Part shown: positions 31,501-40,327 of the stretch, piece by piece
Layout of the letters: the number at the start of each line of letters is the position of its first letter
Numbering within the stretch: position 1 is the first letter of the stretch
NCBI GenBank assembly: GCA_963701295.1
Contig: OY969585.1
Span: 1,728,001-1,792,000, forward strand
Length of the DNA: 64,000 nucleotides
From: Ignavibacteriota bacterium
GTDB taxonomy: Bacteria; Bacteroidota; Ignavibacteria; UBA10030
Reading direction: 5' to 3'
The notes under the pieces: generated by a model
What the model was told of the DNA's origin: nothing
Databases searched by the model: none
What the model saw: only the letters and a program-made list of their open reading frames with translations
Translations under genes and position numbers: made by a program

Positions 31501-32311
31501 GAGTAGATCGGGTATTCCAGCATTCGAAATGAATCCATTTGCAGTGCCCAATATGCCAGTGAAGCTTATGGCTGGTGATTTTAAAATTATCTTTAGCGAT
31601 GTAGGCGTTAGTACTTCAAAACGATTTAAACGAGCTTCTACGATGCTCCCAGCAATACCGGTGAACTTCAAAATATATAATACAACAACAAATAAAGAAG
31701 TGGATTTTGCCTTTTATGAACTCGCCTATTTATTACCCAGTGAAGTAGCAGGTGACTCTGATAATTTTAATATAAATTTTAAAAATGGTAGATCCGATCA
31801 AATAATATTCTTAAATGATGGAGATTCAGTTGCAAGTTGGCAGGTTGACTTTGTGTATCCATCTCAAGGAGGTACCAGTATGCCTGGGCCAGGAGATAGC
31901 CTAACTCTTAAACTGAATAAACCATTTCTTTCTAACGATACGTTAATTTTTACAACTCTTGCTTCAAGCATTGATAATGAAATGGCAAAAACAGATATGG
32001 GAAAGATAAAAGTAGTTCCTAATCCATATATCGTAACAAATACTTGGGAGCCCCATAATCCTTATTCTAACGGGCGCGGAGAACGGCAACTTCATTTTAT
32101 TCATCTACCTGCAAAATGCACGATAAAAATATTCAATGTAAGGGGTCAATTAGTGAATACGATTGAACATAATAATCCGCTTAATGATGGTACTGAGATA
32201 TGGAATATGTTGTCAAAGGATAATCTAGAAATCTCTTATGGTATTTATATATTTCATGTAGGAGCAGCAGGTGTAGGTGAGAAAATTGGAAAATTTGTGG
32301 TGCTCAAATAG
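28589..32311 (+). CDS. Large secreted hypothetical protein (1240 aa) with Asp-rich Ca-binding-like motifs, an FN3-like domain and a variant T9SS-like CTD
   Basis: Signal peptide; DGIDNDNDG, DDNLNGIIDE and DDGIDNNDNW motifs; AVAGDKRVTLFWD..FEGYKIYRS..YYYAVTSY; C-terminus IKVVPNPY..FIHLP..WNMLSK..GIYIFHV..KFVVLK. Clear paralogue of 40328-44176. Confidence 0.85.
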   Translation: MKNKFFYSIFAVLSWIGLSNSIVQAQMRYLHGDDREYRIGMHSGNQFRTTFFNDGTWGGNTSNTPGMSIVKTQIAGEWPINSGHWYLIDGDTFVLSEVADNYDPLEHYFLADSGKVGRVHHIQSTVKAAPGGGTVGDQDPNTKKWWTFLPLPGFANPRDQIIAMAKGDQQWYDDAKSAGSWPLFWPDIRDPQNPYKIYSADGWAGSWNGYFGRNKFNADEESYFVADDYAKQKFPSFRPDTTDVLRGGLGIRMYVRGFQWAKMPVQDALFIVSDLQNIGTYQHNKVVFGYKIGNNMGQTNGGADAGDDGGSYSIVDNLCWTWDQNGLGASDWGPTPVGISGAALLETPGNPFDGIDNDNDGNPNSPNYGMKNKETGPVTLHTVNGPQTFYAGSGPTISTNTFAPKVLGLNDQIVLIDYKDPHYKRTVTTFKQALLAQGKTLATDTLLIPFGGITYKFWVGDTLKEIGDNLFDDNLNGIIDENRGVTNPSTGVTTYLYLDHKYIDYLNPDVTTNGSLNPLIDERRDDGIDNNDNWDPAKDDVGQDGLGPTDLGYPGPDIGEGDGKPTPGEPHFDKTDINESDMIGLTSFNLYLWAQKDQFGDGTQQDDEGFWNRLAPGSFYAYPSADNVELLFGSGYFPLPPGDLERISYAFIVVSGPAGGWKGGSGEVAPPDNLLLEKTNVQSAYDQNYNFAKAPFIPAVIAVAGDKRVTLFWDDIAESSVDANNVVNFEGYKIYRSTDPGWNDMTPITDGHGNVVMRQPLAQYDLDDTYSGYISATPNTGVRFWLGSNTGLRHFYIDTTVTNGTTYYYAVTSYNFGDVNKGIDPSECVKYVAVQSSGDVEKGKNVVVVRPEAPAAGYVPANFKDSKVTALPGSTGTGVAGYKILDDTRIKNSHTYQITFKDTVTGIAKGLAESTKSFTLTDITVIDTPKILLKDNSFTGDNGGLPVTDGFQLSFSSNPEKLSYDSASSGWSRSGIPAFEMNPFAVPNMPVKLMAGDFKIIFSDVGVSTSKRFKRASTMLPAIPVNFKIYNTTTNKEVDFAFYELAYLLPSEVAGDSDNFNINFKNGRSDQIIFLNDGDSVASWQVDFVYPSQGGTSMPGPGDSLTLKLNKPFLSNDTLIFTTLASSIDNEMAKTDMGKIKVVPNPYIVTNTWEPHNPYSNGRGERQLHFIHLPAKCTIKIFNVRGQLVNTIEHNNPLNDGTEIWNMLSKDNLEISYGIYIFHVGAAGVGEKIGKFVVLK

Positions 32312-32328
32312 AGAATGGAGCGAAGAAA

Positions 32329-33348
32329 ATGAGAAAATATATAAGTGTTATTCTAGGAATGCTGCTGATAGCGCAGATCAGTGTCTATGCACAGGGCGTG
32401 ACGAAAGTTGGAACAACAGCAGCTGGTTTTTTAGGTATAGATATGGGACCGCGAGGTACGGCCATGGGCAGTGCCTATGTGTCGGTAGCAAATGATGTCA
32501 GTGCGATGTATTGGAACCCAGCAGGGATTGCTCGGATCGACGGATTTGAGGCAAGCTTCACCAATACGAAGTGGATCGCAGACCTATCATTGAACTATGC
32601 AGGTGCGGTGTTGCCATTAGGAGATGTCGGGAACATTGGTATCAACGCGACATTTCTAACGATGGATCAAATGGAGCGAACGACCATCGAGCAGCCGGAT
32701 GGGACGGGGGAATTTTTCGACGCGGGCTGCTATGCGTTTGGGTTGAGTTATGCCCGCAACTTGACGAACCAATTTGCCATCGGCATAAATGCCAAATATA
32801 TCAACGAGCGGTATTACCACAGCAACGCTACTGGGTTTGCTTTGGATGTGGGTGCACTATTTGACACAAAATTCAATGGGTTAATGCTGGGCATGAGCAT
32901 CTCAAACTACGGAACGAAGATGCAGTTGGATGGCGAGGATTTTCGTGTGCAGCACGATATTGATGTGAGTGTCTCAGGGAATAATCCTAACATCAATGCG
33001 AATCTGGCGACCGATCCATATGACCTGCCGTTATTGTTCCGTGTCGGGATATCTATGGATGTCCTCAAAGGTGCAGCAAACAGTAACCTGATCATTTCCG
33101 TTGATGCGCTGCATCCAAGTGATGATGTGGAATCGGTAAACGTTGGCGGTGAATATGTTTTTAATAACATATTGGCGCTTAGGGCCGGCTACAAAGGATT
33201 GTTCGCAAAAGATTCTGAACAGGGTTTTAATTTTGGTGGTGGGGTATGGTATACGATAGGAACAACCACTTTACATTTTGATTATGCATACATTAATTTC
33301 GGTATCTTGAATTCTGTACATATGTTTAGTATCGGTTTGGGACTTTAA
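32329..33348 (+). CDS. PorV/PorQ-like (FadL-fold, UPF0164-like) outer-membrane beta-barrel, xylan cassette
   Basis: KVGTTAAGFLGIDMGPRGTAMGSAY..AMYWNPAG is the PorV-like N-terminal signature. Amphipathic strands, LRAGY and DYAY follow. Confidence 0.82.
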   Translation: MRKYISVILGMLLIAQISVYAQGVTKVGTTAAGFLGIDMGPRGTAMGSAYVSVANDVSAMYWNPAGIARIDGFEASFTNTKWIADLSLNYAGAVLPLGDVGNIGINATFLTMDQMERTTIEQPDGTGEFFDAGCYAFGLSYARNLTNQFAIGINAKYINERYYHSNATGFALDVGALFDTKFNGLMLGMSISNYGTKMQLDGEDFRVQHDIDVSVSGNNPNINANLATDPYDLPLLFRVGISMDVLKGAANSNLIISVDALHPSDDVESVNVGGEYVFNNILALRAGYKGLFAKDSEQGFNFGGGVWYTIGTTTLHFDYAYINFGILNSVHMFSIGLGL

Positions 33349-33993
33349 AGACAATTTATTCCTTTTTTAGAATACATAATCCGAAGCTTACTTCGGAAAA
33401 ATAGATTCTTGATAAAAAAAATGCTGGTATAACGACAGAAGAATAAATTATTTCTTCATCAGAATAACAGTCGTGGTGCGCAAACTCAGATGAGCAGCGA
33501 GAAAACAATTCTCTTTCCCTCAACATATGTTCCAACAGGAACGAGATGGGATTTTGATGGTATTCAATTCTCCCCAAGAAGCTCGAATCGATATTCTCAG
33601 AATAATCAAAATTAATAAGTATAAAGCATCAAAAAAGCAAAGCTGCGATTTTCTATGTAGTGGAGGAGATCTATTCGGCTACTTATAGCTTGGTAGAAGT
33701 CCACATAATGCATTCTGATTTCCCGCCTATCAGTGAATCGTGATCGTAAAATCGTAAGGAGGATAGATAAATGGGAATATTAGAACTATGAGACAAACAA
33801 GCCGATTCGCCTGGGGGCGTTTTATTTCTTTTCGGAGAGAGAGTGGAAACTTGACCGAACTCGATTCTGAATTTGAGATTTCTTTCAACGATTTGTTAAA
33901 AATATAATCACTGAAAATTCTACTTACATAAAGTTTTATTGCAACAAGGGAGAACCATCTCAAAGTTATACGCGAAGGTTTTTAAATTAATAC

Positions 33994-34146
33994 CTACAGA
34001 TGGCGGATCTGATCTGCGTATCGACGACTAACGATAAGCTCGGTTTCTCTCTTGTCTTTGAGTCTCACTTTGTATCGTCCGGCGAACCATTTGACAAGCT
34101 CACGAATGAATTTCACATTGATGATGACGGCGCGATGAATGCGCCT
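33994..34146 (-). pseudogene. 3' remnant of a LytTR-domain response regulator
   Basis: RIHRAVIINVKFIRELVKWFAGRYKVRLKD..ELIVSRRY is the LytTR C-terminus. The 5' part is missing. Confidence 0.75.
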
Positions 34147-34333
34147 TGGCACTGTTGATGAAGGGAAAACGGTCTTATTCATTCTGCTGCGGTCAAATCC
34201 ACTTGAGGATATTCGAAATGCCGATCAGATTGAAAGTGTATTCCTGCGCAGCCGCTATTTCAACTGGGCTTATTTGAATCAACTTCAAGCGGGTAATTGT
34301 GATAAAACTAGGACGATTATATTGTTGCAGTAA
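34145..34333 (+). pseudogene. 3' remnant of an amidohydrolase-family gene
   Basis: LGTVDEGKTVLFILLRSNPLEDIRNADQIESVFLRSR matches the G.I..GK.ADLV.L..NPL.DI.N...I..V C-terminal pattern of amidohydrolases. The 5' part is missing. Confidence 0.65.
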
Positions 34334-34407
34334 TGATACCCCAGAGTATTCTGAGTGGCTTTAATTGTAGAAAGAAAGCTTTTCTGGTCTGTAAAAATTG
34401 TTTTCTC

Positions 34408-34436
34408 TTGCCTTTGTGCAATAGCTTCTTTATGTT
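34408..34436 (+). promoter_or_regulatory. Putative sigma70-type promoter of malQ (TTGCCT-17 bp-TATGTT)
   Basis: Consensus-like hexamers with 17-bp spacing about 155 bp upstream of the malQ ATG. Confidence 0.4.
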
Positions 34437-34591
34437 TGACACGTTATATGTGGCACGTGTACACAATATGGAAGCAGTGAGAAGTTAGAGTAGGAAGAAA
34501 TCTCGAGTGAATAATCTTATCTCAGAGAAGTTCAACATTCTTTCTCCGCTTGTGTTACTTAAATACATCGTTTTGTTGAAAGGAATGTTCG

Positions 34592-36115
34592 ATGAAGTTT
34601 CCCCGTAGTAGCGGAATATTATTGCATCCAACATCGTTACCCGGGCCCTATGGTTCAGGTGACCTTGGTGCTTCAGCATATCATTTTGTCGATTGGTTGG
34701 TTTCGGCGGGTCAAACTCTTTGGCAAATGCTTCCTTTAGGTCCTGCAGGTATTGCAAACTCACCATATATGTCACTTTCTGCTTTTGCAGGAAATCCCTT
34801 ACTCATTGATCTCCAGGAATTATGCACACTCGGTTGGCTAACTCAAGAAGATCTTGCAAGTAAATCGGTTGAAGAAGGTACGAAAATCGATTATCAATCT
34901 GCAACACAATTTAGGATGGCCACTCTTGTAAAGGCATCGAACATATTTTTTATTCAAAGTGGAATGGAGGATCGAAAGCTATTTGACAAGTACTGTATGG
35001 CTGAAAAATCATGGCTTGAAGATTATGCACTCTTTCAGGCATTGAATCAAAAATATTGTCAGATGGAATGGTCATCATGGGATTACGATCTCGTACATCG
35101 TACATCAGCCGCATTGAAGAATGCTCGAAAGGAACTTGAAGACCTTATCAACTTTCACAAATTTACTCAATGGTGTTTTGCGCGTCAATGGCACAGTTTG
35201 AAGAAATACGCTAATGATCGAAACATAAAACTTGTTGGTGATATTCCCATTTTTGTAGCTCATCATAGTGCAGATGTTTGGTCAAATCCAGGTGATTTTT
35301 TCTTAGATGAAAAGAGGCTACCTACCATTGTTGCAGGTGTTCCTCCAGATTATTTCAGTGAGGACGGACAACGCTGGGGCAATCCATTATATAGATGGAA
35401 TGTCATGAAAAGGGAACAATACAAATGGTGGATCGAACGTTTCAGAAAAACATTTGAATTATTCGATATACTTCGTATTGACCACTTTAGAGGATTCGAG
35501 GCATACTGGGAAATTCCGGCTAAAGAAAAGACAGCACGAATTGGTCGATGGGTCAAAGGTCCCGGTGAAGATCTTTTTAAAACAGTAAAACAAAAATTGG
35601 GCAATTTGCCTATTATAGCCGAAGATCTTGGAGTTGTAACACAGGAAGTCGTAACACTCCGAAAGAAATTCAAATTCCCGGGAATGAAAGTATTACAGTT
35701 TGCATTCTCTACAGATCAGAATGACGCTTTCCTTCCGCATAATTATGACAGGAATTGTGTTGTGTACACGGGAACACATGATAATGACACGACTATAGGA
35801 TGGTATGAGAAAGCATCAGAACATGAACGTGACTTTATCAGGCGGTATTGTAAAACAGATGGACGCAAAATTAATTGGGATTTGATCAAACTATCTCTTC
35901 AATCCATTGCCGAGATGGCCATTCTTCCATTTCAAGATATATTAGATCTCGGAAGTGAGGGAAGGATGAACTTCCCTGGTACTATCGATGGGAATTGGGA
36001 ATGGCGATTTACATGGAACGAAATTAAGCCATGGATGACAGAACAGTTGTTTGAGTTGACTACTCTTTATGGACGATGTAACTCTGATAAGATAAAACTT
36101 CAACAAAAAAAATAG
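34592..36115 (+). CDS. malQ: 4-alpha-glucanotransferase (amylomaltase, GH77)
   Basis: RSSGILLHPTSLPG, WQMLPLGP, SPY, GDIPIFV, GVPPDYFSEDGQRWGNP, RIDHFRGF, IAEDLG, YTGTHDNDT and RMNFPG. Confidence 0.97.
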   Translation: MKFPRSSGILLHPTSLPGPYGSGDLGASAYHFVDWLVSAGQTLWQMLPLGPAGIANSPYMSLSAFAGNPLLIDLQELCTLGWLTQEDLASKSVEEGTKIDYQSATQFRMATLVKASNIFFIQSGMEDRKLFDKYCMAEKSWLEDYALFQALNQKYCQMEWSSWDYDLVHRTSAALKNARKELEDLINFHKFTQWCFARQWHSLKKYANDRNIKLVGDIPIFVAHHSADVWSNPGDFFLDEKRLPTIVAGVPPDYFSEDGQRWGNPLYRWNVMKREQYKWWIERFRKTFELFDILRIDHFRGFEAYWEIPAKEKTARIGRWVKGPGEDLFKTVKQKLGNLPIIAEDLGVVTQEVVTLRKKFKFPGMKVLQFAFSTDQNDAFLPHNYDRNCVVYTGTHDNDTTIGWYEKASEHERDFIRRYCKTDGRKINWDLIKLSLQSIAEMAILPFQDILDLGSEGRMNFPGTIDGNWEWRFTWNEIKPWMTEQLFELTTLYGRCNSDKIKLQQKK

Positions 36116-36305
36116 TTTCACTGCAATATTAACTAAAATGAGAAAATGATAAGTAGTATATAGTCGACTGCTGTTAAAAGATATAAAAACTCCGCTTTTT
36201 CTAATAAATAAACAAATTTTGTACCATTGGTTCTGACGATGCACGCTCTTCCATCAGAAGAATACAGATTCCTCAAGAGATCTTTAAAATAATTTGAAAT
36301 AATAC

Positions 36306-36349
36306 TTGACTCTTAAAAAGAAAATCCGGAATTTTTGGAAGCGCTTCCA
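36306..36349 (+). promoter_or_regulatory. Promoter region (-35 TTGACT) with perfect LacI-type operator TGGAAGCGCTTCCA (36336-36349)
   Basis: 14-bp perfect palindrome with central CG, 21 bp upstream of the lacI ATG. Confidence 0.8.
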
Positions 36350-36370
36350 CAAAAATTGAACGTTGAGATC

Positions 36371-37405
36371 ATGACGCCGACAATTTACGATATCGCTAAG
36401 AAAGCAAAAGTGGGAATAGGGACTGTTTCGCGTGTGTTCAACAACCATCCTAGTGTTTCCAAAGAGACAAGGAATCGTGTTCTTCACATTGCGAACAGGA
36501 TGGATTATCACCCTCATCCGTATGCACGAGGTCTTGCTAGTAAACGAACAAACTCAATCCTTGCGATTATCCCGTACTTTACAACATTCTTCTTTGTTGA
36601 GATTTTACAAGCAGTCCAGGCCATTCTTGCAGAATCAGAATGCGACCTTATTCTTCACGGAGTCACTCACCCAGATCATGCTGAAGGGACGTTAAAGAAA
36701 AATACCGTGCGGGGCAGAGTGGATGGGATGCTTATTTTTTCACTGAAGATGCCGGATAAATTTGCTCGTGAATATGTTAATTCACGTGTTCCTGTAGTTC
36801 TTGTTGATACGTATCATCCAGATTTTGATTCATTTACAGTCGAGAATGTCCGAGGTGCATATATTGCTACGAATTATCTCATATCACTCGGACATACACG
36901 TATTGGAATCCTGAACGCGAATCTCGAGAGCCCTCCAGCACGTGAGCGTTTAAAAGGTTTTAAAAAGGCATTGAGAGAAGCACAGATTCCAATTGAACCA
37001 TGTTTGATAAAATATAGCAGGTCGGCTCATCTTGATGGGTTTACACATGAAGACGGGTATGAGATGATGAAACAATTCCTTTCTCTCGGCGCACGCAGAC
37101 CAACTGCTGTTTTTGTGACAAGTGATATTCAAGCATCCGGCGCATTAGAAGCAATGAATGAGAAGGACGTTCGCTGCCCAGAAGACATTACTGTGGTCGG
37201 CTTTGATGATATTGAATTAGCACGACATATAGGATTGACCACCATGAGGCAACCTATGGTGGAGATGGGGTCGCTTGCGGTTCAACGTTTGTTTGAACGA
37301 ATGAAAGATCCAAACTTAAAGCCTATCTTTAAAACGTTTCTTCCAACGCTTGTTGTTCGTCGAACATCGTGTTCGATTCACCCTGTAAGAAAAATGATTC
37401 AATAG
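36371..37405 (+). CDS. LacI-family regulator (probable maltose/starch-locus repressor)
   Basis: HTH TIYDIAKKAKVGIGTVSRVFN and PEDITVVGFDD..GLTTMRQP. Start re-called to ATG 36371 because the upstream TTG lies in the operator. Confidence 0.95.
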   Translation: MTPTIYDIAKKAKVGIGTVSRVFNNHPSVSKETRNRVLHIANRMDYHPHPYARGLASKRTNSILAIIPYFTTFFFVEILQAVQAILAESECDLILHGVTHPDHAEGTLKKNTVRGRVDGMLIFSLKMPDKFAREYVNSRVPVVLVDTYHPDFDSFTVENVRGAYIATNYLISLGHTRIGILNANLESPPARERLKGFKKALREAQIPIEPCLIKYSRSAHLDGFTHEDGYEMMKQFLSLGARRPTAVFVTSDIQASGALEAMNEKDVRCPEDITVVGFDDIELARHIGLTTMRQPMVEMGSLAVQRLFERMKDPNLKPIFKTFLPTLVVRRTSCSIHPVRKMIQ

Positions 37406-37478
37406 TAAACGGAATGAGTATAGATTTTTATTCATACAACAAATTGATAGGAAAAAACAGGAAATAAGGAGAACCATT

Positions 37479-40325
37479 TTGATACGCATATTGACTCCTC
37501 TCTTGCTGGTATCGCTCCTACTTTCTTTCGCGCTTGGTGGATCTACAGGAAAGATTGCAGGAGTCGTAAAAGATAAAAAATCGGGCGATCCAATTGTTGG
37601 GGCAAACGTAAGAATTGAAGGCACTAATTTTGGAGGGGCTACCGATTTTGATGGTAAGTACTTCATCATTAATGTTCCTCCCGATGATTATAGTTTAAAT
37701 GTAACGATGATAGGTTACACACCTTCCAAAATAACAGGTGTACGCGTCAGGGGCGATCTGACTACTGCTATAGATGTTGAACTCTCCGAGACGATTCTGC
37801 AAGTTGGCCAAGAAGTTGTTGTTGTTGCTGAAAGACCGCTCGTTCAAAAAGACCTTACAGCGAAAACGGCTATTGTAAGCGGGAACGAGATATCTGTGAT
37901 GCCGGTGACAGAAATTAGTTCGGTCATTTCGATGCAGGCGGGATTTGTTGCGGGTAGTCTTCGAGGCGGGCGTGTTGGTGAAGTAGCGTATTGGATTGAT
38001 GGAGTACCTGTGATGGATGCATATGATGGAAGTCAAGTTGTTGAGGTGAATAAAAGTCTTGTACAGGAACTTCAAGTAATATCAGGAGCATTTAATGCCG
38101 AATATGGACAGGCGATGTCAGGTATTGTGAACATCTCATCCAAAGAAGGAGGTGAGAAGTTTACAGGCGGCTTAGGAATTTATGGCGGCGATTATCTTCC
38201 AACAAATGATGGAATTTTTCCGGGCGAAAACTTTAAGTACAATAACATACGAAATATCGAAGGGAATTTAAGCGGTCCTCTTTTTACCAATGATCTTACA
38301 TTCTTTGCTAATGCTCGATATATTTATTTCAACGGATATGAAAAGGGTTATCGGAGATTCAATCCATGGAATCTCTCTCAAGATGTACAACTTCCATCAG
38401 GAACTGATACGTTAGTATCTGTGGTCCCGGGCGGATTGGGAGATAGCTCTGTTGTTCCCATGGACTGGAGTAAACGATCTTATGCTCAGGGTAAACTGAC
38501 ATGGCATATCTCTTCACTGATGAAGCTTTCGGTAAATTATATTTACGATAATAGAATAAATAAAAAGTTTGACCCAAATAATGACCGGATTTATTTCTAT
38601 AACCCGGATGGGAAGGGAAATGAATATAATCTGAGTAACACATTGATTTTTCAATTTAACCATTCTCTCAGTCCGAGCACTTTCTATACAATTGGAGGAT
38701 CCGTTTTTTTAAAAGACTATAAGTACTATTTATATGATTTACAATACAAAGACTCAACAACAGCCCAGGGGGATCATATTAAATTAGAAGTTGTGGATCC
38801 CTATGGTCCTCATTATGTAGATCCCCAATTGTCAGTTGCACTTCCATATAGTTTCATGACTGGTGGTACAGATCTCAATCGATCTCATCGTTCTACAGAA
38901 ACGGGACTTCTCAAGTTTGATTTGACCAGTCAAATTGATGGGATGAATATGATTAAATTCGGTGTAGAGTATCGTTCACACATTATTCAAAATGAAAGCA
39001 TTACCTTGATCAAAGCTGGTTCACAAACGGGGTTCGATTATGTGAATGTTCCACAGTCAGTTGTCTATATTCGAACAGAAATCCCAGATATCACAGCCCC
39101 CGGACACGATTACTATGAGCATCATCCAAAAGAGTTTTCCTCATATATCCAGGATAAAATGGAATATAAGAATGTCATTGTTAATGTCGGATTGAGGTTT
39201 GATTACTTTAATCCGGATGGTCAGGTGTTGAATGATTCGCATCCAGATCCCAATGATCCTCTTCATTATATGTATACTGTCGATGATCCGAGTATTGACG
39301 CTCCAATACGTGTTGATCATCTTAATATGAGTCTTCAAGATCGAGAAGCTTTTTGGTACAAACAGGCATCAATAAAGTACGCCGTAAGCCCGCGTTTAGG
39401 AGTTTCTTTCCCGATTACAGACAGAGGAATTGTTCATTTCTCGTATGGTCATTTTTTCCAGATTCCACATTTTGAAATACTCTACGAAAATCCTAGATTT
39501 AAAATCAGTCAAGCTACCTCGGATAACGCGGGAACAATGGGTAATGCTGACCTCAATCCAGAACTAACTGTGAGTGCGGAACTTGGTGTGCAGCAACAGT
39601 TATCGGATGATATCGCTTTTGACATGACAGCATATATGCGCGATATTCGAGGGCTCAGTGGAACACAGGGCGATGCCATCCATATCTTTAGTGGAGGACA
39701 GTATTACCAATATACCAATAGTGACTTTGGAATAGTTAAAGGTATCGTATTAACAATAGATAAAAAGTTTTCAAATAGTATCACCGCACGGATAGATTAT
39801 ACATATCAGATTGCATCCGGAACTGCATCCGATCCTCAGCAAGCTCAAAAGGCAAAGGCTGGTGGAGCGCTTCCTGATGTTGAGATGGTTCCTTTGAATT
39901 GGGATCAACGGCATACTCTCAATATCTCATTAAATTATTCAATGAATAATTGGGGTATAAGTTCTATCATTCAGTATGGTTCTGGAAAACCGTATACTCC
40001 TGCACTTCAGTACAGTAATATGGTGTCCACTTTGGTTACAAATAGTCAAATCCAACCACCGACTTTTGATTGTGATCTTCGCGCATATTACGAGATTAAT
40101 TTTAAGCCTGTAAAGATGGTGTTTTTCACGCGCGTATTTAATCTGTTTGATACCAGGAACCAGACGAATGTCTATCCTTCCACCGGTCGTTCCGATTATT
40201 CTCGTGATGCGGATATTGCGAGAACAACTTCAATGGTTGTAAATACCGTAGACCAATGGTTCACTGATCCTACAAGGTACTCAGAACCGCGCCGTGTTGA
40301 ATTTGGTTTGAATCTGGAGTTTTAA
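37479..40325 (+). CDS. TonB-dependent receptor (non-SusC type), starch cassette
   Basis: TTG start after RBS AAGGAG; signal peptide; LRGGRVGEVAYWIDG..VQELQVISGAFNAEYGQAMSGIVNI; SPRLGVSFPITD; C-terminal Phe. Paralogue of 25582-28569. Confidence 0.9.
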   Translation: MIRILTPLLLVSLLLSFALGGSTGKIAGVVKDKKSGDPIVGANVRIEGTNFGGATDFDGKYFIINVPPDDYSLNVTMIGYTPSKITGVRVRGDLTTAIDVELSETILQVGQEVVVVAERPLVQKDLTAKTAIVSGNEISVMPVTEISSVISMQAGFVAGSLRGGRVGEVAYWIDGVPVMDAYDGSQVVEVNKSLVQELQVISGAFNAEYGQAMSGIVNISSKEGGEKFTGGLGIYGGDYLPTNDGIFPGENFKYNNIRNIEGNLSGPLFTNDLTFFANARYIYFNGYEKGYRRFNPWNLSQDVQLPSGTDTLVSVVPGGLGDSSVVPMDWSKRSYAQGKLTWHISSLMKLSVNYIYDNRINKKFDPNNDRIYFYNPDGKGNEYNLSNTLIFQFNHSLSPSTFYTIGGSVFLKDYKYYLYDLQYKDSTTAQGDHIKLEVVDPYGPHYVDPQLSVALPYSFMTGGTDLNRSHRSTETGLLKFDLTSQIDGMNMIKFGVEYRSHIIQNESITLIKAGSQTGFDYVNVPQSVVYIRTEIPDITAPGHDYYEHHPKEFSSYIQDKMEYKNVIVNVGLRFDYFNPDGQVLNDSHPDPNDPLHYMYTVDDPSIDAPIRVDHLNMSLQDREAFWYKQASIKYAVSPRLGVSFPITDRGIVHFSYGHFFQIPHFEILYENPRFKISQATSDNAGTMGNADLNPELTVSAELGVQQQLSDDIAFDMTAYMRDIRGLSGTQGDAIHIFSGGQYYQYTNSDFGIVKGIVLTIDKKFSNSITARIDYTYQIASGTASDPQQAQKAKAGGALPDVEMVPLNWDQRHTLNISLNYSMNNWGISSIIQYGSGKPYTPALQYSNMVSTLVTNSQIQPPTFDCDLRAYYEINFKPVKMVFFTRVFNLFDTRNQTNVYPSTGRSDYSRDADIARTTSMVVNTVDQWFTDPTRYSEPRRVEFGLNLEF

Positions 40326-40327
40326 TT

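Noticed and set aside
25582-32311. Calling the TBDR and downstream gene susC/susD
   Set aside because: The TBDR plug lacks SusC motifs. The partner is ~1250 aa, has no lipobox Cys or SusD/TPR pattern, and ends in a CTD-like domain.
34440-34480. Possible operator upstream of malQ (GGCACGTGTAC / TGGAAGC half-site)
   Set aside because: Only a half-match to TGGAAGCGCTTCCA; not enough to claim.
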